Shown: piece by piece, positions 38,531 to 49,652 of the stretch
How the letters are laid out: each line of letters opens with the position of its first letter
Numbering within the stretch: the first letter of the stretch is position 1
Notes under the pieces: generated by a model
The model's input: the letters and a program-made list of their open reading frames with translations, nothing else
Databases searched by the model: none
What the model was told of the DNA's origin: nothing
NCBI GenBank assembly: GCA_032718475.1
Contig: JAUCBJ010000597.1
Span: 1-64,000, forward strand
Source: Nemertoderma westbladi
Lineage: Eukaryota; Animalia; Xenacoelomorpha
Reading direction: 5' to 3'
Length of the DNA: 64,000 bases
Position numbers and translations under genes: made by a program

Positions 38531-39360
38531 ATGGCGACAAAAACTACAAGAATGAACAGTTATTACGTTGTACTACCCTCAAACGCAAACCCCATAGAAT
38601 TCCCACGTAATAGCGCCAGCGATTTCCAAACAAATTTGCAAATTCCTTTACCTTTCGCTAGAGGGCAGTGGTTAGTAGGTTTAACTGGTATAACATAACG
38701 TACGTATCTAGTATCAGGTATGACAATAGCGACATTTATATAAAGGCCATAAAAAATAAAAAAATGTTTACAAGAGATGTTACTCTCCCCGAAGGATCTT
38801 TCCTATCGTTGGAAAGGATCATTGAGTACTTCAACAAAAGCCTTATTAAAGGCCAAATTAATATAATTGATAATAGAGCACGCTCCGGTAATATAACCAT
38901 ACATTTTAAAGGTAAACAGTTGTCGATATTTGTCAGTAAACGTTTGGGTGGTTACCTAGGATTAACAGAACACGAGGTTGACGGCAAAGGTTTTATGTGT
39001 GTACAAAATGCTGTAGGGGATTATCACTTGCTAAGGATTGATTCACGAAATAATAAGTACAACTGCCATAAGCATCCTAATGCTGTCGAAATACTGGAAC
39101 CCAACATAAATATACATATCAATTGCGTCGAACCTCAATTTGTAGACAATAGCGAATACCCTCTGTTACGTGGCATACCCATAGAAGGGGAATATGGGCA
39201 AATTATTAGTCGAGAAGTTCAGGAAGTCTACTATAAAAAAGTTAATTCAACATCTAATTTACGTTATATACGAGTTCGGTTGATTGGGGATTCGGGAAAT
39301 TTGTTGCGCTTTCATTATGGAAATTCAATATTGACGCTTCATTTTATACGAATTGATTGA
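38531..39360 (+). pseudogene. Minor capsid (penton-like) protein 2; disrupted by a 5-bp duplication (ATAAC ATAAC) near 38690
   Basis: From ATG 38531: YYVVLPSNA...FPRNSASDFQTNL...WLVGLTGIT*, continuing in ORF 38668-39360 with VEPQFV...PLLR...YYKKV...IRVRL....G..LRF......LHF. Confidence 0.85.
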
Positions 39361-39427
39361 GATAGACACAATTTAATCGATGTAAATTATTTATTCTTAT
39401 CTGATTATCTGAAGTAATAGCGACTAT

Positions 39428-40021
39428 ATGGATAAATTTCTAAGCCGCAGCCATGGGAGTGATTATTACCCGACGCTGGAAACCCCGGGAATAATAGTAG
39501 ATTTCCAATATTATACGCATCATCCGCAGATCGGCCAACACCCCGTTGCAACCATTTATTTTAAAGAGTTTGCGGCTTATAATACTACTATCAAATCATT
39601 AGAAAACGTATGGTTTATTAATGGTCCACCCGCAAAAATTTTAAGTTTAAGCGAATACGATCGTCTCACACAACTCGCCAATATTACGCATCACATTAAT
39701 TTTGGCTACGGATTTATGGACCAAAGCGCATTTAAAATGTACATACAGGAATGGTTACAAGAAAAAAAACGGTTGGGGTTTCAAATATTAATACGCGGAA
39801 TACCGAAATTATTTATTTTAAAAAATGAATTTAATGTGAATGGAATACTTCTAGAAACGTACGGCATAAACGAAAAATATATTGATCATGACACCAAATG
39901 TCTTTTTCATGATTATTCGGGAATAACAAATTGTGCCTACCATTCTGATAAAGATTCTTGTTTTAATTACTGTTCTATGAAACTCGCAGTTGGTTATGGG
40001 AAATGGTTGTCATCAAATTAA
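39428..40021 (+). CDS. Polinton hypothetical protein, possibly a DEDD-exonuclease-like fold with Cys/His C-terminus
   Basis: Intact 197-aa ORF. IIVDFQYY...IYFKEFA, HHI..GYG and C..H...C pattern. The fold call is weak. Confidence 0.5.
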   Translation: MDKFLSRSHGSDYYPTLETPGIIVDFQYYTHHPQIGQHPVATIYFKEFAAYNTTIKSLENVWFINGPPAKILSLSEYDRLTQLANITHHINFGYGFMDQSAFKMYIQEWLQEKKRLGFQILIRGIPKLFILKNEFNVNGILLETYGINEKYIDHDTKCLFHDYSGITNCAYHSDKDSCFNYCSMKLAVGYGKWLSSN

Positions 40022-40143
40022 TGCATATATATTTATTAATTATATTGTATTATTATGTGGTACATATATTATTTGTTGATTACACATATACGTATGTAGT
40101 AAAGAATTATTATTATACGTTATAATAAATACTCATAATAATA

Positions 40144-40671
40144 ATGTCAGATTTTAATTTGTTTAAATTATATAGCGCCCCACAAATCCAACTGGGAAGT
40201 GGGAATTATAGTGATATACCTGTTTTTAAGGGTGGAAGCATTCTCCCAGGGTTTGGCCCATCTACTGGTATATGGAATAATAAGAATAATAAATTCGGGC
40301 GGCAATACACCCAAAATCGTCAGCGTGGGCGCGGAATATTAACAACTGGCCTCGGTATATTAGCGCGCAAGTTAGGGAGAAAGGTACTAACTAAAGCGCT
40401 CCCCAAAGCAGCAAGAGTAGCGCGGAAATACATAATACCGGAAGGAAAACGTATTTTACGCAGTAAAGCAGATGATTTGATAAATAAAGTGGCCGCGCGG
40501 TTAGAACCTCATCCAAAGACACGCCAAATCGCCCAACGGGTATACAATGAATTTACAAACCCGAAAAGTAAAAAAAAGAGGAGCTGGAAACGGCGACACC
40601 CAAGTGTGGGTATGAACGTTGGGCGCAAACGTAAAAAGCGAAATAATAAATGTCGCGACATTTTTATGTAA
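40144..40671 (+). CDS. Basic core/DNA-condensing virion protein (adenovirus pVI/pVII/pX-like role)
   Basis: PVFKG, QRGRG followed by an amphipathic helix, and a K/R-rich C-terminus ending DIFM. Immediately upstream of the major capsid gene. Confidence 0.7.
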   Translation: MSDFNLFKLYSAPQIQLGSGNYSDIPVFKGGSILPGFGPSTGIWNNKNNKFGRQYTQNRQRGRGILTTGLGILARKLGRKVLTKALPKAARVARKYIIPEGKRILRSKADDLINKVAARLEPHPKTRQIAQRVYNEFTNPKSKKKRSWKRRHPSVGMNVGRKRKKRNNKCRDIFM

Positions 40672-40678
40672 CTTAACA

Positions 40679-41930
40679 ATGAGTAAATTAGAATTATCAT
40701 TATTCTCGAGTAAAACAAATCAGCGAGAATATACATCTTCACATTTTTTGGATATCTACCCGATTTCTACTCTTGATGCGAATGCCAGGCAAATAGAGTT
40801 CTTTATACCCCAGTCAAATGTTCTATATACTGATTTAAAGAATTCGAAATTTCACATTAAATATAAAATTACGTGGGATGGTAATAGGGCTAACGACGAT
40901 ACAACCCTCCACCATCTCAATTACCCCGGTGGGTCACTATTTGAAAATTGTTCGTTATACCTAAATGAAAAGCTAGTTGAAACCTCGAATGGGTTCTACG
41001 CCTATAAGTCTACGTTTCAGACATTACTGCTGACAGATGCTAACGAAAAACGCGGTATTTTAAGAGCTGGCGGTTATGAAGATACAAATAATAATCTAGG
41101 CGGGGTACCAGTCGCTACTGAGAATGACGTTCGCGGGAATTATGTTAAATTCGTTGTGGCCCCAATTTTTTTAGACCTAACAAGCCAGGACAAATTACTG
41201 CCGCCAGGAATTAACATTCGACTTCGTATAGACCGAGTATCGAATAATTTTTTTTTTGAAAGTTGAACCCCCCGCAGGATTGGTAAACCCAAGAGTTGAA
41301 ATCATGAATATTAATTTAAAAATAAAACGCCACAGGATTGATGCCGAGGTTATGCGTGCGCATTTGTTGGGGTCACAAAAAAATGACTTTATTTATAACT
41401 TGTTAAAACAAGAAGTGAAAACCTTCACTATTGGTGGCGGGCAGTCCAGTTATACAGAATCGAACATAATCCAAGGGAAATTACCTAAGTATATTTTGAT
41501 TGGAATGCTTACCAACGCCAGCTTCAACGGGGAATTAAGCAGTAATCCGCTACATTTTAACCATTTCGGTTTAAATTATGCCGAACTAAACATCGACTCC
41601 CGTATTATACACGGGTATCCATATCGCCCTAACTTTCCGGAAAACAATTTTATGTTGGAATTCGAAAGTTTAATGAACGTGTTCAAGAGCTTGAGCGGCG
41701 TATTTTGCTCGCTAACACCAGAACGGTTTCGTACCCAATTTCCTTTGATCGTATTTGATCTTACCGCCGGAGGCGATCAAAGCCATGAGATTCAACCTAG
41801 TATACATACAAGCGGACATTTGATTCTGAAATTTAGTAATGCGCTAGTTAACACTATTAACGTTATATTAATGGCAAGCTATGACGCTCTTCTATCTATT
41901 TCAGAAGCCAAGGAAATAATAACCGAATAA
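40679..41930 (+). pseudogene. Major capsid protein (double jelly roll); frameshift in T10 run at 41248-41257
   Basis: SKLELSLF, IEFFIP, YTDL, SLFENCSLYLN, YAYKS, LDL..QDKLLP, GKLPKYILIGM, F.G....NPLHFNHF, FDLT, L.LKF...L motifs. Confidence 0.92.
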
Positions 41931-42024
41931 ATAAAGATCTCGCATAGTACAAAGTAAGCGAAGCCACACCGCCTGCAGAATTAGAAAAATTCTCTTAAAC
42001 TTTTAATGATACGCGTACGCTAAG

Positions 42025-42464
42025 ATGTTGGACTCTATACAATTAGCGAAATTCCCGGTGGGGCCAGAATACATCGGTGTTTACGCAATCGACCAATTAC
42101 ACCTAATACACACAAAAAAAATAAGCATAAACAAAATTATTCATTTATTATTAATAATCAACGTATAGGCCTACCAGGACAACACTGGTCTTGCGTACGC
42201 GTGGTTAACAGAATTGCTTATTATTTAGATTCGTTTGGTAAAGCCCCGCCACCAAAAATATCATATTGGCTGCATAAATATACCCAAAGGCATACTTGGA
42301 ATCGTAAAATATTTCAAGCGCCGCAATCGACTCGGTGTGGTCTATTTTGCCTGTATTATTTAACCGAGGTGCCGAAAAATCCCGGAGCAATGAATATATT
42401 CACCTCTAATTTGCGGTACAATGATTTATTGTTATTACTGTGGACACTTTCATTAATAAAATAA
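42025..42464 (+). pseudogene. Adenain-like (C5) cysteine protease; frameshift in A8 run near 42114-42121
   Basis: YIGVYAIDQL, then IINN....PGQHW (His), YLDSFG (Asp) and Q...STRCGLFCLYYL (Gln/Cys). Confidence 0.92.
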
Positions 42465-42954
42465 TTTAATTATTTCGGTTATGGGTATATTCAATTGCGG
42501 TGTGTGAACATGTTATTAGCGTTAATATTAATAATAAATATTTATTTCTTGGGTATATAGTAATAGCAATATTTTTAATAAATATATGGGACGCGGTAAG
42601 TGACGTGGGTTGGGGTCTTCACGCAGCACTATTCGTTTTTAATTTTTATTGTCAATCACAGAAACCTCGCGGAGGTCTCTTTAATGTGTGGGCGGCTGGT
42701 AAAACTGGAATAATAATATAATAATTGGGCATAGAGCACATTGGGACCCAACTCTTTCCGTTATATGCCAAGCATCTGCCGCCCAACCTATGTGGTTAAC
42801 ACAAAGGCCAGAATCTCTATCCACGCTACACGCATTAGACAATAATTAAACGCTCTAACGACAATCAAAGCTCTGGGTTCAATTTACTCACATATGTGGC
42901 CGGTTTCTCAAAAGAAGAAATAAGCCATATACGAAGCATAGATAATTAGCCTTA

Positions 42955-42980
42955 TTTGAAAAACTTCCTATAAATTTCGA
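42955..42980 (+). promoter_or_regulatory. 26-bp TATA-containing motif, copy 2
   Basis: Identical to 28252-28277; ~145 bp upstream of ORF 43125. Confidence 0.5.
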
Positions 42981-43124
42981 AGCATAGAAAATTAGCCTTA
43001 CCAAAGTAGTTATTAGTTCTGTTGTAGTTTGCTATATAACATTGAGAATCGCGATAGCGGCATCACTTTATTATTTTAATTTTTAATATTATTCTTAATT
43101 TATTAATTATTAATTTCAATTTCA

Positions 43125-43406
43125 ATGGCTGAAGGCGGTAAAAAACCGACGTTAGTTGTTCAACCCTTCGAGCATCATCCTCCAACATTTAATTTAGAAA
43201 AATGGAACAGGATGAATCTAAGAAGAGTTATGTGGGCACAAAGGGTGCGGGTGATGCACTCAATTGAGGTAAACTGCAGGTATAATGATGATTTGGTCCC
43301 AGCGTGCCCGGCGATCGTCTTGCCGATCGCCGGGGGGCGACCGATGTGTGTGTGCCCACCGCGGATGATCGGTGAAACGCATACGCCACCTCCAACCGAA
43401 AATTAA
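43125..43406 (+). CDS. Small Polinton hypothetical protein (93 aa)
   Basis: ATG ORF that is GC-richer than its AT-rich flanks, with TATATAA upstream and AATAAA downstream. Confidence 0.45.
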   Translation: MAEGGKKPTLVVQPFEHHPPTFNLEKWNRMNLRRVMWAQRVRVMHSIEVNCRYNDDLVPACPAIVLPIAGGRPMCVCPPRMIGETHTPPPTEN

Positions 43407-43547
43407 TGTAAGTAATAATTTCGACAATTAATATAATAACATTAATAAATAAAATCAACAAATTCAACAATAGTACCTACATGCTAAAGGCTTTGCTTAC
43501 TTCGTGCCGAGTGAAGGCTCAGGACATGGCTCGCCCCTCCACATATA

Positions 43548-44495
43548 ACAATAACCTTACTTCGTCGTAGCTCGCCCCACAACTCATTAATGGCACCCAT
43601 ATGCTAAGGCTTCACTCGCTTCATGGCTCGCCCCATTTTTTCAATGTTGGAAGGAATGATGGGGATGTTGGGTGATGGTGGCAGTGGTAATGATGTTGAG
43701 GATGAGGAAGAAGATTGGGCGGATGGTGATAGCGGGATAAGCGGGTGGGGTGGTGGGAGAAATTTTTAAATAAAGCGGTGCCGGATTTAAGTAAATGATC
43801 AAATTAAAATAATAATATTATAAATACAATAACCTTACTTCGATGCTATCACTCACTTCATGGCTCGCCCCATAGGTAGAATAATCAAATTAAAATAATA
43901 TTATAAATACTATAACCTTATACTCACTTCGTGGCTCGCCCCACAACTTGTTGCGTAGTGATAAGTATAAATACAATAACCTTACTTCGATGCTATCACT
44001 CACTTCATGGCTCGCCCCATAGGTAGAATAATCAAATTAAAATAATATTATAAATACCTTATTCTCACTTCGCGGCTCGCCCCCGCAACTTATTGCTTGA
44101 CAATATTGGTAGCCACCGTTAGTCTGTGTTTATTCACCTTTTTTAGTTGTTGCGTCTGTAATGGTCTATCATGTTAAAGACTTTATAACAAACGTCTGCA
44201 ACCCACTTACTATATTGGGTTTTACCTATTGCGGTTCAAGGTCAAACGCCTACCGGTAGACACGAATTAATTAAATTACTTCCGTCTGTGGACTGGCCTT
44301 ATACCACATATGTCACATATACACAGTGGTGACATATGTTACATATGCACAATGGTAACCATAGTAACCATAGTAAGTGGGTGGGGCAACAATGGTAATT
44401 ATAGTAAGTAGGCGGGGCAAGAGCCGTTCGGCAAATTCTTTAACATGGTAGACTATGGCAGACGCTGTTTTATTCCAGGTGTTTACCATACTACT
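43548..44495 (-). repeat. Polinton right terminal inverted repeat
   Basis: Reverse complement of 25048-25994. Confidence 0.96.
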
Positions 44496-44814
44496 CTCAT
44501 GCCTGTGTATACGATTGGTGTTCAGGTCCCTGTGAGAATTAATAACAAAGTGTTAGAAAACCAAAAAAATTATTTACATCAGACGTGAAGAGTAGCACTA
44601 TTCAGCGTTAAAACAGTTGTATACTTGTGTTAACCTCACTCGCTGCGGTCGCTCGGTATATTACCGGTAATTAATACAATCCGGTCGAAACACAAAAATT
44701 CTACATTGATTATATTATATTTTATTTATTTATCATATATAATTACACAATGATGTAATTAGTTAAATAACCAATTAGATCCACAGCCACAGTAACTATC
44801 AATATTTACTAAAT

Positions 44815-44919
44815 AAGCAAAAGCAAACAGTCGGCCGAAACCGGAGGCGACCCGAAGGCTCCTCTTTCGATAGCTGTTACCCGAGGGTAGGGGTGGGCGC
44901 TACTCCTATCCCAAGATTT
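44815..44919 (-). mobile_element. Second copy of the RTE-tail-like interspersed repeat
   Basis: Matches 10711-10820 with few substitutions. Confidence 0.6.
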
Positions 44920-45023
44920 GGACTAAATAAGCACTCTGATCAAAATATCTGATTTCACACTTGACTAATACCACAATTGTTATTATTTAATAAATTAATA
45001 TATTACTTTCATTTTACCATCAG

Positions 45024-45212
45024 GTTTTTCGTTACATCGGAAACCGACAACGTGACTTTCTGTGGTGAGTGTGACAAGCAGTGTAACAGGACATGCACAG
45101 GTCGGACGGCGTTTAACTGCGTGGGCGGCTGCGATTTCTGCGCCACAATACAGGGGGAATGTGTGGCGCAATGTCCTGAGGTAGAGATATGTCTACCTAA
45201 CGGAGTGTGCGG
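45024..45212 (+). CDS. EGFR: EGFR exon, furin-like domain IV (CGECDKQCNRTCTG...CVAQCP)
   Basis: catcag|G acceptor, TGCGG|gtaagt donor, phase 2/2. In phase with exon 21266-21459 across the Polinton. Confidence 0.9.
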
Positions 45213-45814
45213 GTAAGTATAATCGCGTACCACTTAACCCTTTGCGCACCAAATATAAATTACATAAATTTTTTCTCCCAAGCCCAAGTAAAGTATATTT
45301 GATCGGACCAAGGTATATTTTCTTATCGTACCAGAGATATTTATATAAGAGGATATATATATATTACTACTTATCCTACACCCAAAGGCGGCACTCTGCC
45401 GCCTTTAACCATTTTCGAAATTTTAATTCGTTCATCTTTGAACCCCATGGGCGGCACACTGCCGCATTCATCCTTTGTAATAACTATTTACATACTTGTG
45501 TATAAAGTAGCACTTTACAGTGTGATGATCCGAGTGGCTTTGTTACACGAACGAACGTTACTGAGTGAGTGAAAATAAAGCCACGAGGATCAGAACACTG
45601 TAAAGTACTTAGCAACAAATATGTATGTAGTTTTATTTAAAATTTTAACATTACGAAATGATTGTACATCATACATTATAAGTGATAGAAACTGCACAAA
45701 TTATATTAGTGCTGTATAAATAAATGTAAAAATGACATAAATTATGTTATAAATAAGTTAGCTTATATTTATGGTGGCGTTTGAAGCCATGTTATAATAA
45801 TATAGCTAGGCCCT

Positions 45815-46160
45815 ACTAGTAAACCCTTATACTCTGTTTCCTAAAGGAATGCCTGTTCACCACCATGTGTGATCTTCCACAGTAAACCCTTCCACTCAGT
45901 TTCCCAAAGGAATGCCTGTTCACCACCATGGGTGATCTTCCATAATAAACCCTTTACTCTGTTTCCAAGTTACCATGGTTCTCATTTATCGACCAGAAAG
46001 GGATGAAAACCTGGGTAAAGCTAGTCTGCAGCATTTAAAGTCCCGTGCCAAACCAGTAAAAAAAATGCATCGTCCAGGAGCCTGGAGCCGAACTTGGAGT
46101 CGAACCTGGAGCCTCCAAAATGAAAGCCCAAATTGTTAACACTAAATCAAGCTGCTGCTT
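45815..46160 (-). mobile_element. tRNA-derived SINE with a tandemly duplicated 3' segment
   Basis: Minus strand has B-box GGTTCGACTCC (46096-46106) downstream of an A-box-like segment. The block AGTAAACCCTT...AAAGGAATGCCTGTTCACCACCATG is duplicated at ~45818 and ~45881. Confidence 0.5.
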
Positions 46161-49100
46161 AGTGTATGAATTGAACATGAAAATATGAATAATATAATTT
46201 CTAATTGTGGGCCCCCTCTAACTGAAACTATTTGAGTATAGGCTAAATATAAATGTAAACAATAACTACAGTAAAATATGTGACGGGAAAGTATGTAAGT
46301 AAAGTAACGGTAAAGTACAGTAAAGTATGAGAAAGTTGCGGGAAAGTATGCTGCATTTAATGACAGGGGCGATAAAGGACCTGGGGCGATGAAGACTCGG
46401 GGGCGATAAAGACCCAGGGGCGATAAGTTCCTAAAAACTCAGAACTGGGGGGCGATAAGTTCCCAACAAAAATGCAATTTATAGGGGCGATAAAGTTCCA
46501 GGGGCGATAAGGTCCTGCTTCGATATATGATGTTAATTATTTTAGAAGAACGTAGAGCCGGTTACAGTCAGACTGCTGGCGATGCGACTGGCGCTACCAT
46601 TATGTCCAAGTAGGCCTATGTCTAATGGAAAGCAATAACATACATCAAATATTATTATATTGAAAGAGAGCATTATTTACCCTGCATAAACAAACTCTCA
46701 GATTTGCCTAACTGATATATGGTTGATGCTTCTAGAAAAAAAAGAGCAAATAACTGAGATATACACTGTATAGGTAGTTTTTTAGCAGCTGGAGTTTTGT
46801 GGGAAAGTTGTCATGAGTAGCCGATCTATTGTTTAGATATAGTGCAATAGGTTGTAATTCAACTTCAACCGGGTTAGTCTTAATTAGAGAAAAGTTGGAA
46901 ATATGTGTGATTTACGGTGTTGAAATCGGATTTGTTTGATTTTGGAATTTCTTTGTTTTTGGTGGCAAAAACACTTCCTTTTTCTGTCTTCCGTTTTCTG
47001 ACTTCCGTTTTCTGACTTGCGTGTTCTAGGTTTACTTCTCTATTCTGACTTATTTTTGGCGGTAACGGCGCCCCATATCATTGGCCTGATAATAATTAAT
47101 ATTAGTGCATTACATTTATTTAATAAAATAAATAAATAAATAATTTAATACCCTCAACCTAAAAAAATCTAAAAAAATTTCACATAAATCGCCTCCATAA
47201 GTTAGGGCTACACTATCTATCACCAAAGATAACATTCAAAATATTGTTTTAGAGATGGAGAAGATGTCCTTTAGTGTCCGTCTCAATCAGATCAACATTG
47301 TCGGCGCATTTATTAATTGTTATTATTCCGGGATTCTTCGTATAGAAATTAAGGATTAAAGTATATGGTTCAATTATTGTAGTAGTATGTACTGTATGTA
47401 CCAGTAAGTGATGTAATGCACATTTTTAGATACCACTTGGTGCTATTATGAGCGATAGAGTCACCCGATATTAATTGTTTGACAATTGAGACTATATGGC
47501 TTATATGGTACTGGTGCTTCTGTAGCACTTTTTGGCGGGTATTTTGCTGGAAGATTTATTTATGGATTTCAGACTGGGTTCGTTTTTACTATAACTTTGA
47601 TTTCAAGGGGTCAGTTGTAAGCTCGAGCCTGTGAGCGAGCAACACGGTGTGTTATTAACATGGGACTTTTCAACTAAACCATTTCATGACGAATCTAAGA
47701 GTTTCAGTATAAGCCAATCAGGGCCTTCCGTGCAAAGACCCTGAAAATTTAGGTATCACCCGAGATTTAGGATGCCTATACTTCTATGTTGGAATGGAAT
47801 ACCTGACCAGTTTGTATTTTTTCGCACTTCGTTAAAGCAAGCAACCTGTCTGTCAACAAATCATCTTGTCATGGCAAATAGTCTGGATGAATCTGATGAT
47901 ACACCAAGGCAAGGTTTAACATTGCACCCCACAACAGAGCATTGCACGTCATAGCATGATGCAGCACATCTCGTCATTGTGCGATATGGGCATGGAAGAA
48001 CCCATAGTATACCAAATTGTGGCCAAGGCGTGTTTTCACATGGGAAGGCACTGTAGATACATATATACAGCATATACCACAGCCAATACAGCTGAATCGG
48101 CATTGTACAGCACATATAAGCATGGTGCAGTAGTGTATGCAGCATAGCATAGAATGCCGTATCACGTCAAAGAACGGCATGGCATGACATGCCATAAGAT
48201 TAGAGGCAAAATTTAGGGAATGGCAGATTAATTATTCCATATCAGTTTGCTGGAGGTTCCAGTTGTTCTGTATATTAATCGGATTGAGTGCGCTCGATAT
48301 ATCAGATTTATTTAATGGTTTATTTATTTATTTATTGGTTTATTGATTGATTTGCCATAAATTTAAGGAATGGTTTAGCTTCTTAAGGCACAGCCTTGTT
48401 TTCAAGATTGTCTCTCATATAATTGGACTGCGTTATAGCAGCTACAGTAGCTTTGTGTAACTGCTCCCATTCTATTACAATTATCATTTTAGATTTCAAA
48501 CTTACGATTAAGCATTATGATGTTAATTATTATAGAAGAAAGAAAAGCCGGTTACAGGCAGCCTGGTTGCGACCACCAATCAATTACTGTACGCCCGAGT
48601 ATTATAACGTAATGCAATAACAGACATATACTATTATTATAACTACAGTATTTACATGTCTGGCACTCGTTTATTGAGAGAGAGCATCACCCTGGATAAA
48701 CAACCTCTCAGATTTGCTCGACACACTGCTACTGTAGAATCTATCAAGCTGTGGTACAGCTCACCATGTAGCAGCCCTTTAGTTAAATATTCATCAATTA
48801 CACGTTCGTGGGGCCTTCGCGCAGCACGAGAGCCTAGATTAGAAAGTACATCATAATAATCTCTATTAGATATACGAAAACCGTCTTTCCCAACATATAT
48901 ATGAGTGAAGGCGATGCTATCAGTTTTTGATAAACTAGTTGAAGAAAGAGATCCATTTCAGGTTGCCCTTACACACTTTAACTGTCATTTGTAAACCTTC
49001 TAACTAGGGCTATTTAAGTTAAGTATAACATTTCTAGTTTTACAATACTCTTCTCCTTCATTAGCCTCGTTGCGCTCGTCCTGTTTTGTCTTAAAATAGT

Positions 49101-49486
49101 TTTCCTAAGCGGAGACTAACGACCTTTATAACTATGCAAAGTTTCGAAACTGTAAGAGTAACTGCTGATTTATGGCAGACGGATACTCGTATCCACTACC
49201 TATCTCGCCCCTCAACTGCTGAGGAAGAAACCTCATATTTCCTTTGTTGTTAAAATGTGTAATATTTCAACTGAAATTTCTCAATTCTATAATATATATA
49301 TAATTAAAATGTAGAAGTTTCCAATTTTCAATGTGTTTTCTTCCTAATTTGAATAAATCGAGGAATGGCAATAGTATGTATTTTAGTGTATTTTAAAACT
49401 GATATATAAGACAACCATTATCGTTAAGATATAGTGCGCTTTATATCTGAGAGTCTTGATTAATTTGTGTTTATTTTTTTTTACAG

Positions 49487-49652
49487 AATCGAACCGTTTT
49501 ATAAGTCGTTATATTTCATTATAATTGTTGTTGTTATCGGTTGTCTCATCATTTTTGGAGTTATTGGCGGCATAATTTTCTGGAAATCCTCATTAAGGAA
49601 GACAACAAGGAGAGTCAAACAACAATATTCTTGTCCCGATCAGGCGTTCGAG
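49487..49652 (+). CDS. EGFR: EGFR transmembrane/juxtamembrane exon
   Basis: tttacag|A acceptor (phase 2). Hydrophobic LYFIIIVVVIGCLIIFGVIGGIIFW followed by basic KSSLRKTTRRVK. GAG|gtaagt donor. Confidence 0.93.

Larger units (their letters stand above)
25048..44495 (+). mobile_element. Full-length Polinton/Maverick (adintovirus-like endogenous virus), 19,448 bp, inserted in an EGFR intron
   Basis: Termini AGTAGT...ACTACT; exact 6-bp TSD CTCATG at 25042-25047 and 44496-44501; ~950-bp TIRs; pPolB, ATPase, integrase, capsid and protease genes. Confidence 0.97.
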
